From positions 1,370 through 65,369 of the forward strand of contig SVGA01000015.1 in the NCBI GenBank assembly GCA_015056575.1: a DNA stretch of 64,000 bases. Reading direction: 5' to 3'. Every line of letters starts with the position of its first letter. Position 1 is the first letter of the stretch. Shown piece after piece: positions 17,832 to 27,755 of this stretch. Both the position numbers and the translations under genes were made by a program. The notes beneath the pieces were generated by a model. That model did not search any database, had not been told where the DNA came from, and saw nothing but the letters and a program-made list of their open reading frames with translations. Source of the DNA: Butyrivibrio sp. (GTDB lineage Bacteria > Bacillota > Clostridia > Lachnospirales > Lachnospiraceae).

Positions 17832-19127
17832 ATGGTAAAGGCTGTTGTAGGCGCTAACTGGGGTGACGAAGGAAAAGGCAAGATCACCGATACCCTTGCG
17901 GATCAGGCTGATGTGGTAATCCGTTTTCAGGGCGGGGCCAATGCCGGTCACACTATTGTAAACGATTATGGCAAGTTCGCACTTCACACTATGCCATCAG
18001 GTGTTTTCCATCAAAATATAATGAACATCATCGGAAACGGTGTTGCATTCGATATAACCAAATTCATGAACGAACTTAAGGAAATTGAGGAAAAGGGAGT
18101 TCCCACACCTCAGATCATGATCTCCGACAGAGTTCAGGTAATGATGCCCTATCACGTTCTTTTCGATACCCTTGAGGAGGCAAGACTGGCAGGCAAGTCC
18201 TTCGGTTCCACCAAGTCAGGTATCGCCCCCTTCTATTCAGACAAGTTCGCCAAGATCGGCTGGCAGATCAACGAGTTCTTCCAGGACGATGAGGCCATCA
18301 AAGAGAAGATTGCCCGTATAGCCGAGATCAAGGACGTTATCCTTGTAAATCTCTACCACGCAGATCCTATTGATCAGGAAGCTCTTTTCAATCAGATCAT
18401 TGAATGGAGAGAACAGGTTAAAGACTACATTGGCAACGTTTCACTGTATCTTGACGGTGCCATCAAAGAAGGTAAGACCATTCTTCTTGAGGGTCAGCTT
18501 GGAACCATGAAGGATCCTGACCACGGAATCTATCCCATGGTCACATCTTCCTCTCCTTTGGCAGCTTACGGTGCCATCGGTGCCGGTATTCCTCCCTATG
18601 AGATCAAGCAGATCGTTACCGTATCCAAGGCTTATTCCTCTGCAGTAGGCGCAGGTGCATTTGTTTCAGAGCTCTTCGGAGATGAAGCTGAGGAACTCAG
18701 ACGCCGCGGCGGAGACGGCGGTGAATACGGCGCAACCACAGGAAGACCCAGACGTGTTGGCTGGTATGACTGTGTGGCCAGCAAGTACGGCTGCAGACTC
18801 CAGGGTACCACAGATGTGGCATTCACTGTTCTCGATGTTCTTGGCTACCTTGATGAGATCCCGGTTTGTGTAGGATATGACATTGACGGCCGGGTTACAA
18901 CAGAGTTCCCCGTAACCCATCTTCTTGATAAGGCCAGACCCGTATACAAGACTCTTCCCGGATGGAAATGCGAGATCCGTGGCATAAAGAACTACGAAGA
19001 TCTTCCCGAGAACTGCAGAAATTACATTGAGTTCATCGAAGAGCAGATAGGATATCCAATTACAATGGTCAGCAACGGCCCTGCAAGAACCGATATCATC
19101 TACAGAAAGAGCAAGCTCAGTAAATAA
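17832..19127 (+). CDS. purA: adenylosuccinate synthase
   Basis: Motifs GANWGDEGKGK, GGANAGHT and ATTGRPRRVGW. ATG 17832 has a GAGGAGG SD. Confidence 0.93.
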   Translation: MVKAVVGANWGDEGKGKITDTLADQADVVIRFQGGANAGHTIVNDYGKFALHTMPSGVFHQNIMNIIGNGVAFDITKFMNELKEIEEKGVPTPQIMISDRVQVMMPYHVLFDTLEEARLAGKSFGSTKSGIAPFYSDKFAKIGWQINEFFQDDEAIKEKIARIAEIKDVILVNLYHADPIDQEALFNQIIEWREQVKDYIGNVSLYLDGAIKEGKTILLEGQLGTMKDPDHGIYPMVTSSSPLAAYGAIGAGIPPYEIKQIVTVSKAYSSAVGAGAFVSELFGDEAEELRRRGGDGGEYGATTGRPRRVGWYDCVASKYGCRLQGTTDVAFTVLDVLGYLDEIPVCVGYDIDGRVTTEFPVTHLLDKARPVYKTLPGWKCEIRGIKNYEDLPENCRNYIEFIEEQIGYPITMVSNGPARTDIIYRKSKLSK

Positions 19128-19135
19128 GGTTTTAT

Positions 19136-19172
19136 AAGCGGAGGTCCAAAGGGCTTCCGCTTTTTGTTTTTT
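19136..19172 (+). terminator. Intrinsic terminator after purA
   Basis: AAGCGGA-loop-TCCGCTT followed by TTTGTTTTTT. Confidence 0.7.
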
Positions 19173-19187
19173 AAGAAAGGATATGTT

Positions 19188-19607
19188 ATGACAAACCAGA
19201 ATAACCCGGAAGAAAAGTACGCACACCTTATAAAGGCCTTCCTTAACATGATGGTAACAGGCCAGGTGAGCGTCAACTTCCTTAATGCCGGTAAGCTCAA
19301 AAGAGAAATGGCATCTTCCATCGAAGCATTCAAGGGAGAGGACCTTGAGGGGTTTGCAAATTTCTTTGTGGATTCCAGCCTCCACTCTTCCGCCTACCGC
19401 ACAACTTTTTTTGGCACCGTACCTATGAGCGACGGCGGCGCAGCCACCAAGCTTGCGGAGGATATCGATGAGATCACAGGCAAGATTGCCGGAAGATTCG
19501 GTCTGGCGGATGAAGCCCGTCCTCTTCGCACAGCTCTTTTTAAGGCCTACATCGATCAGGTGAAGGACGGCCACAGAATTCTTGAGGAGCTAAATATAAC
19601 GCTATGA
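19188..19607 (+). CDS. hypothetical protein (139 aa), translationally coupled to the GTPase-NYN gene
   Basis: ATG 19188 has an AAAGGA SD. Its stop overlaps the next start (ATGA at 19604). I recognise no motif. Confidence 0.65.
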   Translation: MTNQNNPEEKYAHLIKAFLNMMVTGQVSVNFLNAGKLKREMASSIEAFKGEDLEGFANFFVDSSLHSSAYRTTFFGTVPMSDGGAATKLAEDIDEITGKIAGRFGLADEARPLRTALFKAYIDQVKDGHRILEELNITL

Positions 19608-22306
19608 ACAAGCACCTGACTCTGGGCATCCTTGCCCACGTTGATGCCGGCAAGACCACTCTCTCCGAGGGCCTTCTCTACCTTTCCGGCACCATAAGAA
19701 ACATAGGAAGGGTCGACCATAAGGACACCTTTCTTGATACCTATGAACTTGAAAAAGCCCGCGGGATCACTATTTTTTCCAAGCAGGCTCTCTTTGAATA
19801 CGATGACACTGCCTTCACTCTTCTTGATACCCCGGGCCACACGGATTTTTCACCGGAGATGGAGCGCACCCTTCAGGTCCTGGATATGGCGGTTCTTCTT
19901 ATCAGCGCCCCCGATGGCGTCACCAGCCAGGTGAAGCTTTTGTGGAAGCTCCTTGACCACTACAAGGTTCCCGTGATGATCTTTGTAAACAAAATGGACC
20001 AGGTGGAGGATTCTCCGGAACATTCAAAGGATCTGATCCTTAAGGCCCTTAAGGAGAACCTCTCAAGCCACGTTGTCTCTTTTGACCGGGAGTTTGAAAG
20101 CGGCGAATTTCAGGAAGAACTGGCGGTATGCAACGACGAACTTTTGGAGAGCTATCTTGAGGGAAAAGAAATATCGAAGGAAACCGCAAGAAAACTCATA
20201 AAGAACCGGGAGTGCTTCCCATGTCTTTTCGGGTCCGCCCTTAAGATGGAGGGTGTAAAGGAACTCCTTGATACAATATCCGAATATTCCGAAGGCTACA
20301 GGGAAGACCAAAACGAAAGCTTCGGCGGCAGAGTGTTTAAGATAAGCCGAGACGCAAACGGAACCCGGTTAACTCATCTCAAGATAACTTCAGGTTCCAT
20401 TAAGATAAGGGACGTGGTACAGGATGAGAAGATAGACCAGATACGTCTCTACTCCGGAGATAAGTTCACTCCCGTTCAGGAAGCTACAGCCGGCATGATC
20501 TGCGCTGTCACCGGACTTTCCGGCACAAAGGCCGGTGAAGGCCTGGGTGTTCTTAAGGGAAGCACCGTCAGCGAAGTTCTGCAGCCAATACTCTCTTCCA
20601 CCCTGATATTACCGGAGGAAGCGGATATCACCGTTGTTTTCCGCCAGCTTCAGTTCCTTCAGGAAGAGGAGCCGATGCTCCTTGTTTCCAAAAATGAAAT
20701 CACCGGTGAGCTGGAAGTCCAGGTCATGGGTGAAGTCCAGAAAGAGATCCTAAAGCACCTGATAAAGAGCCGCTTTGGTCTGGATGTCAAATTCGGCCCC
20801 GGCCGCATTGTATATAAGGAAACTATCGCTTCTCCCGCCGAGGGCGTCGGGCACTACGAGCCCCTTCGCCACTATGCAGAGGTTCATCTTCTTTTGGAGC
20901 CTGCAGAGCCCGGAAGCGGAATAACCGTAGCCACGGATTGCAGCACCGATGAGCTTGCTCTCAACTGGCAGAGGCTCATAATGACCCATGTCACGGAAAA
21001 GAAGCATCTGGGAGTCCTTACCGGTTCTGAGATAACAGATATAAAGATCACTCTCCTTACAGGAAGAGCCCATGAAAAGCACACCGAGGGCGGAGATTTC
21101 AGACAGGCCACCTATCGCGCCATCAGGCAGGGCCTTATGATGGCCGACAGTGTTCTTTTGGAGCCAATGTACGACCTTAGAATAGAAGCCCCTCAGGAGT
21201 TTGTAGGAAGGGCTCTTACTGATCTTCAGAGGATGAACGGCAGAGTCGATCCGCCGGAAATTGAAGGCAATAAATCCGTGATCACGGGATCCGTTCCCGC
21301 AGCCTGCCTTGGAGACTATGCAGTGGAACTGTCAGGCTACACCCACGGGGAAGGAAAGCTCTTTGTGACCCTAAGCGGCTATGCCCCCTGCCACAACAGC
21401 GAGGAAGTCATCGAGAGCATCGGCTACGATCCCACTCTTGACATTGCAAATTCCCCCGATTCCGTATTCTGCTCCCACGGCGCAGGAACCGTGATTCCCT
21501 GGGACAGGGTTCGCGAGCACATGCATGTGGATTCCGGATGGGATGCAAAGACAGGTACCATTGTAACCGACCTTACGGATAACATCGACATGGAGGCTCT
21601 TAAGGAGCTTCAAAACAGACTAAAGCGCAGGAAGGAACCGGAGCGCTCCTTCGCGGATGTGGAGCGTGATCTTCGGATGACGGAAAACGAGCTAAAGGAC
21701 ATCTTCGAACGCACCTACGGAACCATAAAGCCCAGATATGTAGCAGCCCCCGAAACCTTCGACAGCTCTTTTGCCGAAGAAAAGGAGGCTAAAAGAGACC
21801 TTGCCGTTGAGCAGGAGAAGCGGGAAAAGTATGCAAACACCGGGTCTGTGGCCAAGACTGATGCCATGAAGGAATATCTTCTGGTGGACGGCTACAATGT
21901 CATCTATGCGTCAAAAGAGCTCTCGGATCTGGCCGCAAGAGACCTAAAGGCCGCCAGAGATTCCCTTATCGACACTCTGTGCAACTTCCAGGGATTCCGA
22001 AAAGAGACCGTGATCCTGGTATTCGATGCCTATAGGGTTCAAGGCGGAAAAGAACATCTGGATAATATTAATGGCCTGTCGGTTATTTATACAAGAGAAG
22101 CGGAAACTGCAGACCAGTATATTGAGAAGGCAGCGCACGAAATGTCCAAAAAGTATAAGGTTACCGTTGCCACCTCCGATGCCATAGAGCAGGTGATCGT
22201 GCTAAGCAGCGGTGCCTTAAGACTCTCCGCAAGAGATCTGTGGGATGAGATCAGGCGGACAGATGAACTGATACGTGAGAAAATTAGCCAGAATAAGCTA
22301 AAATAA
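19604..22306 (+). CDS. EF-G/Tet(M)-like translational GTPase fused to a C-terminal YacP/Rae1-type NYN domain
   Basis: G1 AHVDAGKT, G3 DTPGH, G4 NKMD, and an EF-G-like body to about aa 650. The C terminus reads LLVDGYNVIY..VFDAYRV..EAETADQYIEK..VATSDAIEQ..GALRLSARDL, which matches YacP/Rae1 motifs. Confidence 0.85.
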   Translation: MNKHLTLGILAHVDAGKTTLSEGLLYLSGTIRNIGRVDHKDTFLDTYELEKARGITIFSKQALFEYDDTAFTLLDTPGHTDFSPEMERTLQVLDMAVLLISAPDGVTSQVKLLWKLLDHYKVPVMIFVNKMDQVEDSPEHSKDLILKALKENLSSHVVSFDREFESGEFQEELAVCNDELLESYLEGKEISKETARKLIKNRECFPCLFGSALKMEGVKELLDTISEYSEGYREDQNESFGGRVFKISRDANGTRLTHLKITSGSIKIRDVVQDEKIDQIRLYSGDKFTPVQEATAGMICAVTGLSGTKAGEGLGVLKGSTVSEVLQPILSSTLILPEEADITVVFRQLQFLQEEEPMLLVSKNEITGELEVQVMGEVQKEILKHLIKSRFGLDVKFGPGRIVYKETIASPAEGVGHYEPLRHYAEVHLLLEPAEPGSGITVATDCSTDELALNWQRLIMTHVTEKKHLGVLTGSEITDIKITLLTGRAHEKHTEGGDFRQATYRAIRQGLMMADSVLLEPMYDLRIEAPQEFVGRALTDLQRMNGRVDPPEIEGNKSVITGSVPAACLGDYAVELSGYTHGEGKLFVTLSGYAPCHNSEEVIESIGYDPTLDIANSPDSVFCSHGAGTVIPWDRVREHMHVDSGWDAKTGTIVTDLTDNIDMEALKELQNRLKRRKEPERSFADVERDLRMTENELKDIFERTYGTIKPRYVAAPETFDSSFAEEKEAKRDLAVEQEKREKYANTGSVAKTDAMKEYLLVDGYNVIYASKELSDLAARDLKAARDSLIDTLCNFQGFRKETVILVFDAYRVQGGKEHLDNINGLSVIYTREAETADQYIEKAAHEMSKKYKVTVATSDAIEQVIVLSSGALRLSARDLWDEIRRTDELIREKISQNKLK

Positions 22307-22415
22307 TTGTCAGTTTATTCATAAAATATTCATTAAATTTCGACAATATTTGAACTATTTCCAACAAAAGACGATAAAATTATAGTGTAGATTTGTCTTT
22401 TAAGGAGGTAGTCAA

Positions 22416-24182
22416 ATGAAGCAAAAAAACAATGGTTTTAAAGCTCCCCTGGGGCTCCTGCTCATCGGAGTTTCCGGAGTGCTGGTACTTGCACTTATCA
22501 TCAGCATCTTCATCAACAGCAATAAGATGAAGCAGATAGAACAAAACAGCACTAAGTTGTATTATGACATGCTGTACACCATCAGCTCCACCCTTATCAA
22601 TGCGGACAGAGACTTCTATCAGGCACAATCTGCTGCTCTTCATCTAAATGCATATGGGCAGTATATGGCCCCTGATCAGATACAGGCACAGGTTGATGAC
22701 TACAAAGAAAACTGTCAGCAGGCCTATGACAGGGTCGTGGAGGCAGCTGCTCTGGCTCAGACCAATACAGATCTGTACACAGAACATACTACTTCTGACG
22801 GAAGAAACTTCTCGCAGGTTTATCCGGCTTTCGAAGCCCAGTTCAAAAAATGGCAGTCTCTTTACAATATTGAAACCAATGAAGGTGACATTCAGACCTT
22901 CGATATGGAATTTTCCACAACCAGAGACTACATCAGTGACATGACCGATATCGTTGAAGACTGGGCCGCCCACGAAAGAATCGAGGATGAAGCCGCTACC
23001 AGCAGAAGCATTATGATAAACATCATCATCTTTATCCTTGTCGCCGTAATTCTCCTTGTTGTTACCGTCTTCATCATCATGGCCATCAACAAAACCCTTA
23101 AGAAGATGAGCTCTGATGTTCAGAGAATATCGGAAGGCGACTTTGTTACCAAGATCACAACCGACAGCTTTATCATAGAATTCGCAAGTATTCTGGAAGC
23201 CCTTGAGTCCATGAGGCATCAGCTTCGAAATGCTCTCGTTAAGGTTATCGATCACGCCGATAGCGTTAATACCAAGGCCGAGCTTGCTAAGGACAGTATC
23301 TCAAGCTCTCAGAAGACCACTACAGATATCAGCTCAGCGGTTAACGATCTGGCAACAGGTGCAACAGCTATGGCTGAAGACGTTCAGAGCACTTCTTCCA
23401 TCACCGTTAACATGGGGTCTTCTGTAGACAACGTTCTTGATTCGGCAAACTCCAATCTGGCGAGAGGCCGTCAGGTTTACGAGGAATCCACAAGAGTAAA
23501 GGAACAGCTCGAGCAGATCAAGCTTCAGGATCAGAAGAATGACGAGATGGCTACTCAGGTTTCAGACTCCGTAAATGAAACCGCAAATGTAGTTGCACAG
23601 ATCACCACAGCAGCTGAGTCCATCATCTCCATTGCAAGCCAGACCAACCTCCTTGCTCTCAATGCTTCCATCGAGGCTGCCAGGGCAGGTGAAGCCGGTA
23701 AAGGATTTGCGGTTGTTGCAGATAACATCAAGGATCTTGCAGGTGATACCAACTCTCTTGCAGGTGAGATCACCAACATGCTTTCAACCATCACGGATTA
23801 CTCCAACAAGAATAAAGAGCTTACAGAGGCCATCAAGGGTGCCATCACCAATGAGACCACTGCTCTTGAGGAGATGAGTGAATCCTTTGATCAGATGCTT
23901 ACACTCCTTCAGGAGACTGAGGAAGGCAACAAGCAGATCGTTGAACTGGTAGAGACCATGAACGCCGACAAGGAGAACATCTTAAATTCCGTAGAGTCCC
24001 TTTCAAGCATCTCGGAGGAGAACGCAGCTTCTACTCAGGAAACCAGTGCTTCTCTCATGCAGCTTGATACAAATATGGAATCCGTTGTTGAGCAGGCTCA
24101 GGATCTTCAGAAGATTGCGGAAGAACTTACAGCTAACGTTAAGTACTTCAAGGTTGAGCTTCCTCCTGACGGACAGCAGTGA
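22416..24182 (+). CDS. methyl-accepting chemotaxis protein
   Basis: [30 protein letters not shown], with two TM helices flanking a ~170-aa sensor region. Confidence 0.92.
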   Translation: MKQKNNGFKAPLGLLLIGVSGVLVLALIISIFINSNKMKQIEQNSTKLYYDMLYTISSTLINADRDFYQAQSAALHLNAYGQYMAPDQIQAQVDDYKENCQQAYDRVVEAAALAQTNTDLYTEHTTSDGRNFSQVYPAFEAQFKKWQSLYNIETNEGDIQTFDMEFSTTRDYISDMTDIVEDWAAHERIEDEAATSRSIMINIIIFILVAVILLVVTVFIIMAINKTLKKMSSDVQRISEGDFVTKITTDSFIIEFASILEALESMRHQLRNALVKVIDHADSVNTKAELAKDSISSSQKTTTDISSAVNDLATGATAMAEDVQSTSSITVNMGSSVDNVLDSANSNLARGRQVYEESTRVKEQLEQIKLQDQKNDEMATQVSDSVNETANVVAQITTAAESIISIASQTNLLALNASIEAARAGEAGKGFAVVADNIKDLAGDTNSLAGEITNMLSTITDYSNKNKELTEAIKGAITNETTALEEMSESFDQMLTLLQETEEGNKQIVELVETMNADKENILNSVESLSSISEENAASTQETSASLMQLDTNMESVVEQAQDLQKIAEELTANVKYFKVELPPDGQQ

Positions 24183-24216
24183 TCAAAAAAGACTCCTCTT
24201 TTAATGAATTATAAAG

Positions 24217-24251
24217 GACCCCGGTCAGCTTTAGATAAGTTGACCGGGGTC
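24217..24251. terminator. Hairpin terminator between convergent genes
   Basis: 11-bp stem GACCCCGGTCA / TGACCGGGGTC with a 13-nt loop. Confidence 0.7.
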
Positions 24252-24286
24252 TTAAATTCTGTTTCTGTTAAATTCCCAAATAACTA

Positions 24287-24574
24287 TCAGGCGTTGTGTT
24301 CCATCAGATAATCATTCAGCGCATCTGTGATCTCCTCACCGTCAATGCCGTGAACAGCACAGGCCTCTGCCAGTGACTCCATTTGTGATGCGGGGCAATG
24401 GATACAGCCCATTCCGCACTCCATAAGAAACTGTGCTGCCAAAGGGTGCTTGGTAATAATATCTCCAACCAGCATGCTGGGATCTATGATGCCTTTTGTC
24501 TCTTCAGCCATATTATTATCCTCTCTTTCCTTATCACTTCCAAAGAATAAATCTTTTAATCCTTCTAAGCTCAT
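24287..24574 (-). CDS. DUF1858-type small redox/disulfide domain protein
   Basis: IITKHPLAAQFLMECGMGCIHCPASQMESLAEACAVHGID is the pattern of the hybrid-cluster-associated DUF1858 domain. An alternative start is ATG 24511. Confidence 0.7.
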   Translation of the reverse strand: MSLEGLKDLFFGSDKEREDNNMAEETKGIIDPSMLVGDIITKHPLAAQFLMECGMGCIHCPASQMESLAEACAVHGIDGEEITDALNDYLMEHNA

Positions 24575-24625
24575 AGTTTAAACCTCGTAAATAGATTGTG
24601 CAAAATCATTCTATACCTCTTTGAA

Positions 24626-27055
24626 TTATTTTGCAACTATGTTCACAATCCTTCCGGGAACATATATCTCTTTTACTATGGTCTTGCCCTCGAGCTTGTC
24701 AGCGATAAGCTCTTTGCCCTTGGCGATAACCTCTTCCTTGGGATCTTCCTTGCCGATATTGAGTGTTGCCTTAACCTTGCCGTTGATCTGAACTGCGATC
24801 TCGATGGTATCCTCTACGCACTTAGCTTCGTCGTATGAAGGCCATGCCTCAAAGGCGATGGTGTCATCGTGACCAAGAAGCTGCCAGATCTCCTCGCCTA
24901 CGTGAGGGCAGATGCATGAGAACATCTTGATAAAGTTCTCGGCATACTCTCTGGGGCAGGTGCCCACTTTATATACAGCATTTACAAAGATCATCATCTG
25001 AGCAATGGCTGTATTGAAGCCAAGCGCCTCGAAATCGGATGTAACCTTCTTGACTGTCTGATGATAAACTTTCTCAAGTTCGGCATTATCTGTGTCTGTG
25101 ATATTTGCAGGCTCTGTGAAGAAAGTATATACACGGTTGATGAACTTTCTTGCACCTGTTACGGCTGCTGCATTCCAGGGCTTTGAAACCTCCAAAGGTC
25201 CCATGAACATCTCATAGAGACGAAGTGTGTCAGCGCCGTACTCATTGACGATATCGCTGGGGTTAACAACGAATTCAGGGAAACGCTTACCCATTTTGAT
25301 ACCGTTCTCCCCAAGGATCATACCCTGGTGAACAAGCTTCTTGAAAGGCTCCTTAACAGGGGAAAGTCCCTGGTTGTATAAGAAGCGGTTCCAGATCCTT
25401 GAATAGATAAGGTGTCCTACAGCATGCTCGGGTCCGCCGATGTAAAGGTCAACCGGCATCCAGTGCTTAAGAAGCTCCTGATTTGCAAATTCCTTGTCAT
25501 TGTCGGGATCGATATATCTAAGGAAGTACCAGGAAGATCCGGCTGAACCGGGCATTGTTGAAGTCTCTCTTGTGCCCTTAAGTCCGTTCTTGTCATAGGC
25601 CTTCCACTCTGTTGCATTCTCCAAAGGAGCCTTTCCCCCATGGCCCTTGTAATCCTCAAGCTCAGGAAGCACTACAGGAAGTTCAGAGTCATCAAGGAAT
25701 ACTATGCTTCCGTCCTCTTTGTAGATGCAGGGAACGGGCTCGCCCCAATAACGCTGTCTTGCAAATATCCACTCACGGAAGTGGTAGTTGACCTTCTCTC
25801 TGGCAACGCCCATATCAACCAGCTTCCCTGTGATAGCCTTCTTGGCTTCTTCTACAGTAAGGCCGGTAAACTCCTCGGAGTTTTCAAGGATACATCCCTT
25901 TCCGAGATAGTCCTGCTTCTCAAAGGCATGTCCCGTAATGTCCACAGTTCCCTCTGCATTGTTGATAACCCGGATAAGAGGGAGCTTATGAACCTGCGCA
26001 TACTCAAAGTCTCTCTGATCATGGGCAGGCACAGCCATAACCGCACCTGTACCATAGCTTGCAAGAACGAAATCACCGATAAACAGAGGAACTTCCTTGC
26101 CGTTTACGGGGTTGATGGCGTAGACACCCTTAAGAGGGCATCCTGACTTTGTCTTGTTAAGGTCTGTACGATCAAGGTCGTTTTTCTTGCTGGTCTCATC
26201 TATATATGCCTGAACCTCTTCAGGGTTCTCTACTCTGTCCATAAGGCCCTTAACGATATCTCCGTCGGGAGCAAGTACCATGAAGGTGATACCGTATATG
26301 GTCTCGATACAGGTTGTGAAGATCGAGAACTCTCCTCCGCCCACGATCTTGAAGTCAACCTCTACACCGGTAGACTTGCCGATCCAGTTGCGCTGTATCT
26401 CCTTGGTGGACTCGGGCCAGTCGATCTCATTAAGGCCGTCCAGAAGCTCCTCAGCAAAGGCCTGCTGGTCGATAACCCACTGCTTCATCATCTTCTTTAC
26501 AACAGGGTATCCGCCACGCTCTGACTTTCCGTCGATGACCTCATCGTTGGAGAGAACGGTTCCAAGCTCCTCACACCAGTTAACAGGCATATCGATATGC
26601 TTGGCATATCCTGCCTCGTAGAGTTTCTTGAAGATCCACTGTGTCCACTTGTAGAACTTGGGATCGCTGGTTGCGATCATCTTGGACCAGTCATAGTCAA
26701 ATCCAAGCTCACGAAGCTGACGTGAAAAGGTCTCTATATTCTTCTGTGTAAATCCTGCGGGATGATTGCCTGTGGTTACGGCATACTGCTCTGCAGGAAG
26801 GCCGAAAGAGTCATATCCCATCGGATGAAGGACGTTATATCCCTGCATACGTTTCATACGGGACATAATGTCTGTTGCAGTATATCCTTCCGGATGACCT
26901 GCGTGAAGGCCTACTCCCGAAGGGTAAGGGAACATATCCAGTGCATAATACTTGGGCTTACTAAAATCCCATACATCTGTCTTAAATGTCTCATGGGCTG
27001 CCCAGTACTCCTGCCACTTCTTTTCAACTGCGTGATGGTTATAAATCTCTGCCAT
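24626..27055 (-). CDS. leuS: leucine--tRNA ligase
   Basis: 809 aa, with class-I aaRS HIGH-like HAGHPEGY. The N terminus VEKKWQEYW and overall layout are typical of LeuS. Confidence 0.95.
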   Translation of the reverse strand: MAEIYNHHAVEKKWQEYWAAHETFKTDVWDFSKPKYYALDMFPYPSGVGLHAGHPEGYTATDIMSRMKRMQGYNVLHPMGYDSFGLPAEQYAVTTGNHPAGFTQKNIETFSRQLRELGFDYDWSKMIATSDPKFYKWTQWIFKKLYEAGYAKHIDMPVNWCEELGTVLSNDEVIDGKSERGGYPVVKKMMKQWVIDQQAFAEELLDGLNEIDWPESTKEIQRNWIGKSTGVEVDFKIVGGGEFSIFTTCIETIYGITFMVLAPDGDIVKGLMDRVENPEEVQAYIDETSKKNDLDRTDLNKTKSGCPLKGVYAINPVNGKEVPLFIGDFVLASYGTGAVMAVPAHDQRDFEYAQVHKLPLIRVINNAEGTVDITGHAFEKQDYLGKGCILENSEEFTGLTVEEAKKAITGKLVDMGVAREKVNYHFREWIFARQRYWGEPVPCIYKEDGSIVFLDDSELPVVLPELEDYKGHGGKAPLENATEWKAYDKNGLKGTRETSTMPGSAGSSWYFLRYIDPDNDKEFANQELLKHWMPVDLYIGGPEHAVGHLIYSRIWNRFLYNQGLSPVKEPFKKLVHQGMILGENGIKMGKRFPEFVVNPSDIVNEYGADTLRLYEMFMGPLEVSKPWNAAAVTGARKFINRVYTFFTEPANITDTDNAELEKVYHQTVKKVTSDFEALGFNTAIAQMMIFVNAVYKVGTCPREYAENFIKMFSCICPHVGEEIWQLLGHDDTIAFEAWPSYDEAKCVEDTIEIAVQINGKVKATLNIGKEDPKEEVIAKGKELIADKLEGKTIVKEIYVPGRIVNIVAK

Positions 27056-27126
27056 TGTTACAACTCCTCATTTCATATTATTAATGTGTTCTCACATAAA
27101 CAGGCTATTTGTAAATTTTACCACAA

Positions 27127-27175
27127 GGAAAAGGGATGTCAAACTATTGCTTTTTGTCTGACATCCCTTTTGGGA
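27127..27175. terminator. Intrinsic terminator after the 27213 gene, upstream of leuS
   Basis: 11-bp perfect stem AAGGGATGTCA / TGACATCCCTT with T-rich flanks on both strands. Confidence 0.8.
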
Positions 27176-27212
27176 TTTTATGTTCATGATCCCGGCCTCT
27201 ATAACCAAAATC

Positions 27213-27755
27213 TTATGCTATAAGCTCTTCCGTCTCGTCTTTATCAGTCCTGCGAAGGGCTGTTGTGATCCTCATGAAAGCTGAGTAAATGATTCCCAGT
27301 CCGTATATGATGCAGGCTGTGGCAGGCTGTTTTATAAATACTATACAGGCCAGAGCCATGAGAATGTTTACAATGCCGTGTATCAGCTTCATTATCATCT
27401 TAGCGCCGTATCTTCTCTGCTCAAAGGCCCTCAGTATCTCCACCAGACCCGAAAATGCATGAATGATGACGAGGTAACCGATAACGTAGATCCTGGGAAT
27501 ATCCACGATGGATCCCGTCAGACACCCGAAATCCGTCAGTATTATGCCCTTGTAGAGTATGATCTTGCCACCCACCATGTGCCTTGCCATGGAAAAGAAA
27601 TATATAAGAGTGCTGATACCGTATAAAAGCAGCCATGCACTCAGAATAGTAATAACGATGCTGTAACCGTGCTTGGGATCCAGTATGACGATAAGTCCGG
27701 ATACTATCATGCCCACCGCAAACAATATGCTTCTTATCTTCTGAAATTTACTCAT
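27213..27755 (-). CDS. HdeD/DUF308-like multi-TM membrane protein
   Basis: 180 aa with six hydrophobic segments in the repeated short-helix pattern of DUF308. The start overlaps the upstream stop by 4 nt. Confidence 0.7.
   Translation of the reverse strand: MSKFQKIRSILFAVGMIVSGLIVILDPKHGYSIVITILSAWLLLYGISTLIYFFSMARHMVGGKIILYKGIILTDFGCLTGSIVDIPRIYVIGYLVIIHAFSGLVEILRAFEQRRYGAKMIMKLIHGIVNILMALACIVFIKQPATACIIYGLGIIYSAFMRITTALRRTDKDETEELIA

Noticed and set aside
19604-22306. Calling the GTPase a tet(M)/tet(O)-type tetracycline-resistance determinant
   Set aside because: The similarity is at the family level only. There is no mobile-element context. The protein carries an extra 250-aa linker plus NYN domain that is absent from ribosomal protection proteins. 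A resistance call is not supportable from sequence alone.
27056-27130. T-box leader upstream of leuS
   Set aside because: Only ~75 nt lie between the upstream terminator and the leuS start, with no specifier-loop or T-box (AGGGTGGTACCGCG-like) sequence.
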